Assembly (NCBI GenBank): GCA_002269645.1
Contig: NIVC01000029.1
Coordinates: 1,240,001-1,304,000 of the forward strand
Direction of reading: 5' to 3'
Source of the DNA: Macrostomum lignano
Taxonomy: Eukaryota
DNA: 64,000 bases
Part shown: positions 1-12,814 of the stretch, in pieces
Layout: each line of letters begins with the position of its first letter
Position numbering within the stretch: the stretch's first letter is position 1
The notes under the pieces: model-generated
Seen by the model: only the letters and a program-made list of their open reading frames with translations
What the model was told of the DNA's origin: nothing
The model's database searches: none
Made by a program: the position numbers and the translations under genes

Positions 1-655
1 CTGCGGCGTTGAGATAAGTGCCTGCAGCGCTAAAATGAGTGCAAAATTTAGTCATGTGCATGTTGAATTCTTGGCTTTGTCCTTCCCCACCATAAAATCC
101 ATGGCGACGCCCCTGTTTATATAATTTAACATAACCCACCAGCAAGGCTAAAAGTCTTTGAAAAAGCTCTATTGATCATAAATATAGCAAGTTTGGATGG
201 AATGCGATTCGATTTCGATCGAGAGTTCATACGATGAGAAGTGATACTGAAGTAGTAAAATATGAATGGATTTTTTGGCAAGAAAATTACAATTCATTTT
301 TTCAGTATATAGTGGATACTTTCTTTAATTTCCAGAAACCTCAAGCGTTAGTTGCCACCTCTTTCTGGAGATCCTTGGGGCCCACCGACAGACAAGTTGC
401 AGGCTATTGAACGACCTACTTGGTTACGCCCAAGGTATTCAGCAATTATGAGTGACTCCAACGTCTTCACTAATGGTCGGGGGTCATGTCTTTACACTTG
501 CTGTAAAAAGCAAAAAAGTGCTGCTTATCTCACTGATAAGCAATTAGCTTGAGTCCGAACATAAAAGCCTGTGGTAGAAAAACTGTGCGTGACTACTGAA
601 GACAGCCAAAAGATCAGACGCAAAAATAAACAGTTAATACAGCTAGAAAACTGCC

Positions 656-2351
656 ATGGAAAACGGTCAGCCCAGCGACATTCGTCTCGTCGCTTCGAAT
701 GCCCAGAATCAAAGACTGCGCTTGTACCGTGGCCTGGCGTTGAACAAGTTGAAGCCTGCAGAGGTTGCCAAAGTTATTGGGGATGGTGAACAGCAGCTCA
801 GATCGGTGCTCGATATCCGAACTAAGGAGGAGATCGGAGACTGCATAGATTATCCGGTGCCCGAAGGTGTCAGCTATCGGATTTTGCAGCTCGACAGCAG
901 GTCTGGGGAATTCGTGGAACTGCGCTCGGCGAAGGCGGCATCAGAAAGCGACTCCGCTGTCATAACATTCTACCGCGTCGACTTTTACACGCTAACTAAG
1001 AAGCTGAAAATATTTAGCGGACTGCTCTGGAACAACTGGCGGCTGGCGCTGTCTGGTTGGACATCTTCTGAACGATTTGACACTACCGATGGCATCAAAA
1101 TGGGCATCCTGAAGAAGCTGGCCAACGATGTGGCGCACAGTAAGGGAGGGGCTGGTCTTTATCTTGACTGGCTGGACCCAGCGATGGACTGTTCGGGTTT
1201 GGTGGCTTTGTTTCGACTGCTGTGCAACCCGGACATTTATCCGGCTATGCTGCACTGCCAGTATGGCAAAGATCGCACTGGGGCGGTCTGCGCTCTGCTG
1301 CAGATGATGGACCCCGGAATGACTGAGGACCAAGTTGTGGACGAGTATCACGCCACTGAGGTACTTCGTAGATACGAATATTGCTCAAGAAATTGACAGT
1401 ATATTGCGCTTAGCTTTTCTTTTCACTTTCTTTTGGGGCATCTTAGAAGTGTTGACAACAAGCCAATTTTAATAGCTAGGCTGCAGAGGACTCAAGTAAT
1501 GATTCACCGTCTGTAGGACAATCTGACTTCGATGAAATCGGCTTAAGTTTTAAGCATCTACGTCTATCGACTTCGATGACACATGGGTACTTTTAAATTA
1601 CGTTGTCGTTTTTGAGGACGACCGTCATTTATCGGCCTAATGCAAAAGTAAATACGAGCATACCTATGCCATTGACGTCCGGTACGGGCCACAGACAGTC
1701 CCGCAGGGTTGTCCTTTGATTTTCGTCTGGCTTTGCGCGGGATGACTAATCTTTGGGCCATAGACAATCAATGACAACACAGATTTATACCAAGGACTAC
1801 TTAAGTAGATACTTAAGTAGATAAACGATACTTAAGTAGTCCTTGATTTATACTGTAAAATAATTATTACTTAACTATGATAAATGATTTCTCTACATCA
1901 GGTTCATATCAAACGCCTCCTACCGGAGATTGAAGCAAAAGTGAAGCGAGCCGGGATGCCAGTTGAGTGCGCCAGATGTCCCAAAGAGCTCATCAAGGAA
2001 GTGCTGGATTGGATCAAAAACAGGCGAGTTGGTTTGGATCATATACAGGTAGATTCGATGAGCCAATGAATGCGTAACTGATCAAGTGAAATATTCGAAA
2101 TACTTTTAACTGCTTTGTTCTAGGGGGATAATTTGTGGGATTTCATTTTACTTGAGGAGGAGGCGACATTCATTTTTGACGTTTAGCTACAACCCAAACT
2201 GAAAAAATATTGATCCTAATTTTTTTACTGAGCTATATATGCTGACACCAATTTCAGGTACGGAACAGTGGAGGACTACTTACTGCAGATCGGACTGCAG
2301 GAAGCTGAAGTGGCAGCAATTAAATCGAATCTCGGTTACGTAAAAGGTTAA
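656..2351 (+). CDS. PtpB/IphP-like (Y_phosphatase3 family) protein tyrosine/lipid phosphatase; exons 656-1360, 1902-2023, 2258-2351
   Basis: P-loop HCQYGKDRTG (CX5R); N-terminal RLYRG; C-terminal WIKNRYGTVEDYL typical of the family. Exon phases join with GT-AG then GC-AG introns; ATG in gccATGg context. Confidence 0.8.
1791..1845. mobile_element. 55-bp hAT-like mini-MITE
   Basis: Perfect 17-bp TIRs CAAGGACTACTTAAGTA / TACTTAAGTAGTCCTTG, flanked by exact 8-bp direct repeat ATTTATAC (1783-1790, 1846-1853). Confidence 0.75.
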
Positions 2352-3423
2352 GTCAAGAACACTGCTCTTCTTGCAATAAAACGATAAACAAACATTAAAA
2401 AAATCTTTTTGGATGTGATTAAATTTGACTCTACCAATTTCCATGTAAGTGATATCAACTATGTTGCTCTATAGTCAAACCTGTCAAAAGTTACTCCGCT
2501 GTCGAAACGAACACACTCACACTTTGTATGTGTCAGTTTCCTAATAAACTTTTAAGCATTAAGAAATTCCTTGATCTACGAGCTTACTAATTACCAAATC
2601 AGTAACGTTTTATTGGATTTTTATTCTTAGTTCTTATAACAGCTCGTTTGTCACCCGCGTGTAAAAGTGCATATCATGTGTACACTCAAAACAGACTGTA
2701 AAGAAGGTCTTTTTGGACGTGGACATGAATGTACGAGCAGTTTGGATCGGTGCGCATGTACATTTTGCGACAGAATATATTGTACCTATGGCACCCAGGG
2801 GGCCCAGAGATAGACGAGTACAGATAGACAGATACTACAGGCAGTGGTGGTCTGTTCTCTACGACACATTAGCAAGTCTTCTGTACTCAAAATCGTACAG
2901 GAGCGTAGCACTAATGATAAACTAGTGATACACTTATGCAGGTGCACTAATAGTACACTAATAGTACACTAATGGTACACTAATGGTGCAATTTACACTC
3001 TCTAATCTGCAGTTTGTGTGGCAATAATGCTTAATGCTGAATGCTTAAAGTCAAAATCGGGAAAAAAGTGGTAATTTATCAATTTTTATTGCAGCAAAAC
3101 TTTCTAAACCAAAAAGTTACTGCTTCATAAAATATTCTTTGCAGGAAAGACTGATAACTGAGAAAATATCTATAATTGCTTCTACCTGAGCCAGGAAACT
3201 GCTTGACAATGCATAGCATGCTTCATCAGACGTACCAACCACCCACCTGCGAAGCTACTCAAGTCAACATCGTTAGACCACTTGTTGAGCGTTAAGGCTA
3301 CCCATACATCTAGCACTAAATAGAGTAAAAAGATTGCAGATTAGCTCATAGTGGGATAAATAGGCTTGTAGGACAATCCATCAAATATAGCTCAGCTGAC
3401 CTGAGCTCAACTGCATCTATCCA

Positions 3424-5071
3424 GGAATCTGCATAGCAACTCTCCATCTGTGAAGCTGGCAGTCAAGCAATCCGAGCTGCTGCGGCTGCTGCTGTGCCCC
3501 GCTGCTCATGGGTGAGTGCTCCACGCTGCAGAAATTGTGCTGATCTCTCAGCATTTCATTTCAAGTCAAGGTATTATGGTTCCATCCCAACCGATCACAT
3601 TGCAGTACTGCGCTCAGCCGCAGCCTCCGTCGCCATCACCGAGCGCTCCTACTCTCAGGTGAGCAGCGGCTCCATCACCGTCCCGAGCTACGCCAACACT
3701 GAGCTGTACACCTGAATCATTCGTAGCCAGGGAGTTCCGGCCTAGCGACAGCGTGAAGGTCTGGAAGGCCGACAACTTTGACCAGATGGTACTCGGTGGA
3801 AAGGCTGATGTGTCTCAAGTTTTCCACGGTAAGTCGATTAATAATGAATATAAAAACTGATTACACCTGCCCGAATTGGGCCAGATGTGCAACCGACAGC
3901 TCAGCCGCAGCTACTGCGCGGTGCATCTGAAGGCTGCGTACGGCTGTTCAGTCCAAGGACTGGGGGGGGGGGGGGGTCGCCACACACAGCCTCAATTACC
4001 CCAGCTAATGCTGGCACCCATTTTACAGCTGGGTGAACTGAAGTTCAATGCAGAGTTAAGTGTCTTGCTTAAGGACACAAATTGTTTAGATGTGGGTCGA
4101 GATTCGAATCCCAGACCCTTCAGTCGTGAGTCAGACGCTCTAACCACTAGGCTACAATCCCCTATTACTAATATTTTACTAAGAATACGATACCAAGTAA
4201 TTTTAACAAATAATTTTTTTAATAAATAGCGATTTAACAATATATAGAAACCCCAATTCTTTGTTATAAATAAAAGCGTAGCGTTCTGCGCTTTCTTGAG
4301 CTGCCTGCCTATCGTTGCTGAAAATCGGCGACAAAAGCAAAACATTTAATTGGCTATTGCTCGGATCAAAGCGTATCGCTTGGCTGAACTGATTTCAGCA
4401 AACGGAGTTGGAAGAAGCGGCACCGGTCAGCCCATCAGAATCAAAGTCACCGCCTGCTACCGCATCGAAGCGCTCGGTGCCAAAGGCGGGAGCGAGAAAC
4501 GATATAGCTCCCCTGGAGGTGCCTCAGCGTTGGCAACTTCACCCTGACAACGGGAACCGAATTGGCCATTGTTGTGGGTCAGGCGGGTGGGGCGGCCGCT
4601 GCAGCGTTTTCTGGCTTAGTCTACCGGAGCAGCGATAACACCCTGCTCATCGCTGCTGGAGGAGGCGGAGGAGGCGGTTCGAGCAATTCCCTCGATAGGT
4701 CGTGATATGAGCTCTGCAAAGTAATCACGGTATATTTATGATTTTTAATATCATATTGTGACTGCACGCACCATTACCACTTCTCAGGCTACGGTGGATG
4801 GTTTAACACGATGAGACTTAAAAGCGCTTAATTTTCTGCCGGCCATGAGTACACGGGAGCCGGAGGTGAAAATGGCGGGCCGGTACAACGGGGGGTAAGC
4901 CGCACAACGGCTGACTCGAAAGTGTATAACAGAGGAGGTCCCAGAGCCGGCTTGGAACAGCAGTGCGTCAAACGCCCCCACCCCAAATGACGGCGGCGGT
5001 GGAATGAGCCGCGTGGACGGATGGCTTGGAGGAGCTCGCGGTGACACGATGTCCTCTGGTGATGGCGGCTT

Positions 5072-5103
<32 letters not shown>

Positions 5104-5320
5104 GGGGAGCCCTATCCTTCAACTCGTACTTTGGAAGCCCGGGAGGAGGCGGCGGCTACAGCGGCGGCGGAACGGGAGGGTACAGTGATAAGCAGCTGCA
5201 GGCGGTGGTGGCTCCTTCTGTTCTGGTCACAGCGGCGCCACCCTTGCTGCTGGCGCCATCTGGAACTCGAATGGAAGCGTCACGATCGAAGGGGTTGAAT
5301 TAAAGTTCTGTAACTAGCCT
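3424..5320 (+). pseudogene. Glycine-rich (ALK/LTK-type Gly_rich domain) protein gene with several frameshifts; pseudogene or assembly indels
   Basis: Joining frames gives YRIEALGAKGG...GNFTLTTGTELAIVVGQAGG...VYRSSDNTLLIAAGGGGGGG...GGFGGGG...GGGGGYSGGG...AGGGGSF...NGSVTIE. Frame changes near 4525 and 5192; splice-like boundaries near 3511, 3607, 3829, 4698 and 4788. Confidence 0.55.
3845..4164 (-). mobile_element. tRNA-derived SINE, copy A (Meta/V-SINE-like central domain)
   Basis: Minus-strand head TGTAGCCTAGTGGTTAGAGC (A box)...GGATTCGAATCTC (B box), then GTGTCCTTAAGCAAGACACTTAAC...CAGCTGTAAAATGGGTGCCAGC; aligns with the copy at 14278-14504. Confidence 0.75.
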
Positions 5321-5382
5321 AACTAAACTCAATCGGAGTCAATAGGGAGGTCTGAAGCTGCAGCCTTAACAGTGCGACACTC

Positions 5383-5960
5383 TGGACTGGTTCAGGCAGG
5401 AGGGAAGCTTAAGTCACTCTGGACTAGTTCAGGCAGGAGGGAAGCTTAAGTCACTGGACTAGTTCAGGCAGGAGGAAAGCTTAAGTCACTGGACTAGTTC
5501 AGGCAGAAGGGAAGCTTAAGTCACTGGACTAGTTCAGGCAGAAGGGAAGCTTAAGTCACTGGACTAGTTCAGGCAGAAGGGAAGCTTAAGTCACTGGACT
5601 AGTTCAGACAGGAGGGAAGCTTAAGTCACTGACTGGACTAGTTCAGACAGGAGGGAAGCTTAAGTCACTCTGGACTAGTTCAGGCAGGAGGGAAGCTTAA
5701 GTCACTCTGGACTAGTTCAGGCAGAAGGGAAGCTTAAGTCACTCTGGACTAGTTCAGGCAGGAGGGAAGCTTAAGTCACTCTGGACTAGTTCAGGCAGGA
5801 GGGAAGCTTAAGTCACTCTGGACTAGTTCAGGCAGGAGGGAAGCTTAAGTCACTTTGGACGAGTTCAGACAGGAGGGAAGCTTAAGTCACTGACTGGACT
5901 AGTTCAGGCAGGAGGGAAGCTTAAGTCACTCTGGACTAGTTCAAGCAGGAGGGAAGTTTA
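5383..5960. repeat. 35-37-bp minisatellite GGACTAGTTCAGGCAGGAGGGAAGCTTAAGTCACT(CT)
   Basis: About 16 tandem copies read directly. Confidence 0.95.
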
Positions 5961-6904
5961 AGCTCTTCTGGCAGGCAGACGCTGTCATTCGTGAGGAGTT
6001 TATCGCAATTATTGGAACTGCATCAGAAACCACATTGACGAGACAGAAATATCCCGGAGACTGGGCGGCTGTTTAAGCAAATGGCTGCTTGACGCATTGA
6101 GTTGTCAGCAAGGAGAAATGCGCTTGATTTACTTTGCAATCAGACACTGCATGTCACCGAATAATGAACAATACTCGTAGTATCCCATGCTGATTATGAA
6201 GAATCAGATACTAAACACACGTGTGATAGGCTGCAGTTTTGGGACTTTTGGCCTGAGCTTCGATCCCCCCTGCCTCGGTAGGCTCGGTTTTTTTACCACT
6301 GGAAATTTTTCCCGGTGGGTTTTTTCCCCGGGTCAGCCGTTTAAGGGTGACTTCCTAGAAATTGCTTCAGTAGACTGGCTTCTTGACTTCCGTTAACTCC
6401 ATTCCAGTAACTTCTTTTTGCCAAAATACTTGCTTCGAACTTTATCCGTTATCTTTACTTTCTGTCTTAATACTCTATATTGATTTTTTAGCTCTTATCG
6501 CTCAGAACAGCTCAGAACAATACTGCTATTAGTAGCCGCCTTTGCATATCTGTGACCAACCAATAACGACTCATATGTTGTATAAGCTACTTGTTATGTT
6601 GTACTCAGAATTTCTTGGTATAGATTCTTTCTAGCTAAATAATTTTGCTTAATAACTGTCCTAGCTGTTACAACTAAAAAAATTGATAACAAAGCTTGCC
6701 GTGCTAAATATTATCTACCATTAATCCAGCTATTTAAAGTCGTTATTTCGACCGTGATTTTGCGCCTTGGTGATTTCTTAAAAAGAAAATGTTCTCACTT
6801 ATGATGTCCTCATTTTGAGGGTTTTGCTCATCAGCTGAGCAAGGGATGAGCAAGAGAAGGCAAGTTGTTGCTAAGCAAGGAGGTTTTTTTGACGACTACC
6901 GAGA

Positions 6905-7950
6905 CGAATATTATTATTATTATTAAACAGACGCTGGCGCAGGGGTCAGCGAAGCACCCGCTGGTGGAAAACAGCTGGGTCCAGCCAGCCTAGCTGCAGA
7001 CTGAGGTCAGGCCCAGAGCCTGCCAGTCAGTGAGAAAGGTGCCAGTCAGAGTGGTGCAGCGCGCCTGGCCCCGGCGGAGTCTCCCACAAAGCGGGCTGAG
7101 CAGCAGGTCTCAACGAGCGGGGGCCCGCGGGTGCCCTGTGTGAGGGCCCACAGGCAGTGGCCGATCGACATCTGGCGTCGCGGGTGGCACGCGGGTCAGG
7201 GCCGCCAGCTCGGCGTTGCTCTCACGCGCTCGGGGAACCGGATGCCCAGGGCATTGCGCAGGAGGTGGCGATGGCAGGCCTCCAAGCTCGCCTCACGAGT
7301 GGCAGTCATGGGAACAGCTTCCAGCTCGTAGGTCAGCACCGTCTCAACTGCCGAGCGAAAGAGGGCGACCTTCAGGCTGTCGGTGGCGAGCCGGCAGTTG
7401 AAGATGGAGCGGATAAGCGGAGGAGTTGTTGACAATGGCATCCGGGTCAGTGACCAAGGACGCCCAGATACTGGAACTGGTTGCACGGGGCGATGGTGTT
7501 GCCGTCCGGTAGAAACAGCGGAGGAGAGTTGGCAATGCCAACATGCAGCACCTCTCTGACTTGCCGTGGTTGATGTGGATGTCCCACGAGCTTCCCCTCG
7601 TCAGCCAGCCGACTCACCGCCCTCTGCGCAGCTTCGGGGCTGCAGCAGGTCAGCGCCAAGTCGTCGGCGTAGGCAACGCAGGTCAGCTTGACACAGGGAA
7701 AGCGGGAGCTACGGCAAGGCACCACTTCATAGCCGCGTCTTCGTCGCGCATAGCCATCAGCCACGTGACATAGTCGATCAGGATAACGAGAAACGGTGAT
7801 GATATAGGGTGTCACCTTGCAGGACTCCGGAGGTGGTGGCCAATTCAGATGTAGGGCCGTAGTCAGTCTGGACAAAAGCCTTGGATCCGAGCTGCAGAGA
7901 TCCATGATCGATATTTTGCTCGATATTTGCTCGATATTTTGCTTCAAAAC
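6905..7950 (-). mobile_element. 5'-truncated, frameshifted non-LTR retrotransposon (RTE-like reverse transcriptase fragment)
   Basis: RT motifs GVLQGDTL, YADDLAL and FQYLG, then LFRSAVETVLTY...LLRNALGI in shifting frames; (TAA)n tail at about 6909-6924. Confidence 0.8.
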
Positions 7951-10900
7951 AGCGCAGGCGTTAAATGTGTGGGAACTTTTTCAGTCTCCTCGCCTGGGTT
8001 GAAATCTAGCTGCTCATGAAAGTTGCATGGTTGAGAAAACTTAGTTTGCATTGGACAGTCTATTAACATTAACAATGTACTTTAATCTACATGTACATAT
8101 ATATGTAAAAATTAAATGCAATAGATTTTTTGACAAGCTAGTATAGCTGTAATCGCAATAATATCTTATCTAGCTATCACAACTTGATTTAGCCATAAAG
8201 TTTTCCAGCATTTTCGCAAGCTCCCAGTTAAATCTTTTTCTTAGCATGGCCAGGCAGTTTAGTTGGCGAGGGAGTAAAATGTCTTCAGCTAGGTCTGCAT
8301 CCTAGAAAATGCAAGCTGCATATATCTGTGTCTATAATTTGAACTTAGCTACTACTATAGCTGCCTCCATTTTGAAATGCAAGTATTTATTACTGATTAG
8401 TGCTGATGCCCTACGCCCCTATGTAATAATTAACTTATTTACCTCGTGCATTAGAAAAAGATCATTATTTACTTTGGCTTTAAAAGAACTGTGCATGTGA
8501 AGAATTTAAATTAATTACATGGACTTATAAAAAACAAGCTCGTGGCTCGAGCCGCCACGCTAACTGTACACCACCTGGGATTTGGGATCCTGCAGGTTTT
8601 AGCACTACTAAGAAAGAAGCCCCTACGCATAAGTATAGCTACTCTTTGTTTCTGACATTGTGAAGGGATATGCATGACAAAACAATGTGCATACAAAATG
8701 TCAAACGACTGTGTAACACAATATTGTACGCTGCCAAAACGCTTAGTTTATGCTTAACTATATTGTTATTTTTTGAATAAAAATATATTTTATTAGGAAA
8801 ATTTTAGTTCTTGAAGCATTTTGAAGCTATTAATTCTTGAAAATTTGTTTTCATTAAGTTACAATTTTAAACACCCACTTTCAACGTGTTGAGCTAAGTT
8901 AAAAAAGAAGTTCAAGTACTCAAATAAGTTAACACGGTCATTGAAATACGGTTATACGGTCACGCTTATTTCTGGTCAGTGAAATACCCCAAAAGATCAT
9001 TTATAGTTGTTTTTACGCCAGCCATTTATGCCAATCCATTTTTCTATCAATTCTTACGCCAAGGCTAATTTTTTTCTAGATTAGAATTACGATGGAGATT
9101 TCCGGCGTAACTGTAACGAAACGGACTATGGATTACTAGTAGTAACCATGCCTGTAACTTATGCCTAAAGATATTAACAACATTTTGATATTCTATTATT
9201 GAAACCATTGAAATAGGAACGTCAATAAGACTGGCCAAAATATGCATCCTAATTCTTAAAGAAAAATTTTAGTAAAAAGTAGGACTGTGTTTTTACAAAT
9301 GAATTATTCAATTTTCAAAATGCCATACAATTAATTATACAAATAAAAACCAATTTATTAAACTATATAATAAAGTAAGAGAAAAAATACTTTGCAATAG
9401 ACAAAAAACTTAGAAATATTTTTATAACAGTAGGCCTATTATAACTTTTATTAACAAAAGGCTAGGTAGTCAAACTCAAATTATAAATGAATTCTTTAAA
9501 ATAGGCCTAAAACTTTTTTCAAAATGATGCTTTTGTAATTTTAAAATTGAAAACTAAGTTTTTTTAAAATAGGCCTAAGTCATTTAAAATACATACAGGC
9601 AATATAATAAGCTATTTTTTTAATTCTTAAATAATCTTTCATTTTAGAAAGGCCCTATAATAGCTATAGGCCCTATGCTATATACTTGAAATTTTGGCAA
9701 AACTCTTATTGTTTTATTTTTTCAATAATTTATAGCTTTGCATTTGCTGTTCCCAGTTCTATAAAGATAGTGGATAGGCCCCTATAGTAGGGCCTAAATA
9801 AATAGTTCATCTTGGCTAGGTGCATGACATATAAGACATGTTATATATATAAAGTCCAACTGAGATTTTGATCTTGAAATTTTAAGATGGCCTTTTGGGT
9901 CATTTTGAAAAATTCTCAAAATTTCAAGATTGGGCTTGAAATTTGATAACAGTTGAGCAAGATTGAATTCAATATAGAAAATATAAAAATATTGTAAAGC
10001 GCAAAATAAAAAAGAAAATAGGGTCTAATGCATTGTCTAATACATGATTAGCACTTTTTTGTTTGCTGGTTTATTGATAGCTTTTTTAATTTAAATAAGT
10101 TAACATTATTTTTTTACAAAACAAATTCAAATACAAGTTTTACCAGTATTTTTAAAGGGAAAATATAGATTTTTGTGTTTGTGTTTTTTTGCAAAAAAGT
10201 TCCAGCACACAGCACAATCAAACTATTTTGATGATATTTTGTTTTGGCATAGGCATGCCATGATCATAGGCCCTAGTTACCTGGTAGGCCATTACCAACT
10301 TTCAACCTATTTATGTATCTTATAAGGGCATAGCCCCCCTCCCCCTATAGCAACATAGCCAGAGTTAGGCCTAGTGGCTTACTTTTGCATATTGTTGCAT
10401 ATATATTATTGTTGTAAGACATTTAAGCTATTTCTTTTGTATTATTATCTGTTTATCTACTTTATCTACTTTATAATATAGGCTCATTTTTATATATATC
10501 TTATCATAAATACTATTCTTCCTTTACAAATTCACAATTGTAGTCAGATCTCCAATTCTCAATTGACTTATTCTTGATCTCAATTTTTGATAAAATTCTT
10601 GCTTAATTTTGCTTAAAAACAAAAATCTGATCTTAGTCAGACTCAACATGTTAGATACTAGTGTAAGCAAAGTATAAGCTAAAAATATATTAGCATATAA
10701 CCTTATAGAGAAGTATTATATAGTATAATATGTAAATAATTTGAGTTTTAACACAAAAAGAAGTCCTTTGCTTTAGTTTAGCAAAAAAGATACTATCTAC
10801 TAAAAAGCCATATAAAAACAATAACATTCCTTATTTATAAAATTTCTATTAAATTATTACAATCAAATTATCCAATTCTTTTTTCTACTTTATTTTTTAT

Positions 10901-11952
10901 AGCCTGTCAGTTTAACTTTTCAAAAAGAGAAAACTCTTTGAAAATTGAGTTTAAGCTAATAAAATTTATAAATTCTAGGCACTTATACCTTGTATAGTGA
11001 TTTAAGAATTTAGTGGAATAAGCAAAATTGCTTCCAAATCAGTTGTGTGATAATGTTGCTATGGGCTTTTTAACAAGGTGCCCACAACCCTCCTGCATTT
11101 ATTATTAATAAACAAAATCATAAATATAAATACTTAATTGAGAGAAAAGAAAATAGTCAATATATCAATTGTACTCCACTTAGAGATGGAACAAATATTC
11201 AGAATTTAAGAAGTTTACAATACCAAATAATCACTTTGATTTGGGATAAACATTTGGGACAAGTCAAGTATTGAGTATTATTAGTGTTGTGGCTCACATT
11301 GCAAATAAAGGGAAGGAGTTATGGATAAAAAGAAATTAGAGAATTAAGGACTGAGAAGTTTGCATTTGAAGAGTTAAGAGTTAGAGGTTGTGGGCTTGTG
11401 GCTCTTAAATGAGTGAATAAAAGATGGGACAACACATGGCATGTCTTAAGGAAAGGCAAGAGTGCTTGAGAAGTTGCAAGCATGTTGTGCTCAGATTGAG
11501 TACTGAGGCTTTAGGAGACTTTGGGGCTTTAGAAGTGGAGCACTTCTTAAGTGTTAGAAGTGATTCCCACAAACTTGGAGGGGTGGGGTTGACATTTAGT
11601 CTGGGCGCATATCATTGGATAGAAAATGCAGGTCTATTTGGTCGAGGGCTGCTAAAGGGAGTTGTAAGTATGTGCTTCCAGCAGTGAGAATAGCTAGAAA
11701 TTTCCACACCAGTTTAATCATTGCAAGTCAGTCAGTTCACATTTATAATTGCTTTGATAAAAATTTATGCAGAGTAAATTATTCCGTTAACCATCAATCA
11801 GCACTACTGACTAGTGACTGATGAGTAGCGAGGTGGGCATATTATTGACTGAAATATTCGTATTCGGTTTTGTCAGATATTCGAATCGAATCGGTTCAAA
11901 AACTTCATTTCGGCCCATCTCTATTGCATGCCAGAGTAGTTCGCCAGCAATC

Positions 11953-12570
11953 ATGGCCAGCACTAAGCTAGTTCGATCTGTCCGAACTGACACCCGTTCT
12001 GGTGGCGCTCGGGACAAGCCGAGCGACCTGGAGCTGCAGCTGTCCCAGACTCTGATGGATCTGCAGCAAAACTCGGATTTGAAAGGCAATTTGAAAGAGT
12101 TGCACATTACCGGAGCTAGAGAATTCGAAGTGCCCGGCGGTAAAAAGTGCATCGCACTGATGGTGCCAGTGCCGCAACTGCGTGCCTACCAGAAGATCCA
12201 CGTTCGCCTAGTTCGCGAACTAGAAAAGAAGTACTCTGGCAAGCACGTTGTGCTCATCGCCGAACGACGGATTCTGCCAAAAGAGTCGCACAAGTCGCGC
12301 GGTGGGGGCGGCGCGTTCACCAAACAGAAGCGCCCGCGTTCGCGCACCCTCACCGCGGTGCACGACGCTATGCTGGGCGATCTGGTCTACCCAGCCGAGA
12401 TTGTCGGCCGTCGGGTCCGGGTTCGAGTTGACGGCAGTCGCACTATGAAAGTACATTTGGACAAGGCCAACCAGACGTCCATAGATCACAAGCTGGACAC
12501 GTTTGCTTCGGTTTATCGCAGTCTGACTGGCAAATCGGTAGTGTTCGAGTTTCCCGACTACGCGCTGTGA
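11953..12570 (+). CDS. RPS7: 40S ribosomal protein S7 (eS7), no intron in the CDS
   Basis: [31 protein letters not shown] and [30 protein letters not shown] motifs. ATG 11953 (MASTKLV); the ORF-track extension from 11821 is probably not translated. Confidence 0.97.
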   Translation: MASTKLVRSVRTDTRSGGARDKPSDLELQLSQTLMDLQQNSDLKGNLKELHITGAREFEVPGGKKCIALMVPVPQLRAYQKIHVRLVRELEKKYSGKHVVLIAERRILPKESHKSRGGGGAFTKQKRPRSRTLTAVHDAMLGDLVYPAEIVGRRVRVRVDGSRTMKVHLDKANQTSIDHKLDTFASVYRSLTGKSVVFEFPDYAL

Positions 12571-12814
12571 AGGATTTCTTCCGGACAATGATTGATTGAT
12601 AAGGCAATGCTGCTTGGTCTGTTGCTTTTGCAAGATTGAAAAAAATAGAGCCAAGTTTGAAATACATCAATCCGATGCGAAGCAGTTTAACAGAAAGATT
12701 TTGGCGGTCTTGTGTGGCCTGTGGAAACAATGCGTTTTTGTATCTTGCTTTATTTCAATTTAAGCTATGAAGTCCTTATTTCCAATGAAGTCCTTCTAGG
12801 TTAGTTCCTTTCTT

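Noticed and set aside
336-434. Exon-like segment upstream of the phosphatase
   Set aside because: It has an acceptor and donor but no phase-compatible join to the ATG-656 frame; UTR or another gene, unresolved.
4090-4164. tRNA gene (also 14278-14350 and 41140-41209)
   Set aside because: A/B boxes are present but the cloverleaf is incomplete and followed by SINE bodies.
6215-6400. B-box-like GCTTCGATCCC followed by T runs
   Set aside because: No clear A box, TSD or second copy in the window.
11920-11932. TATTGCATG resembling, from memory, a flatworm spliced-leader 3' end
   Set aside because: Only a 9-nt match, with no donor or Sm site after it; not an SL RNA gene.
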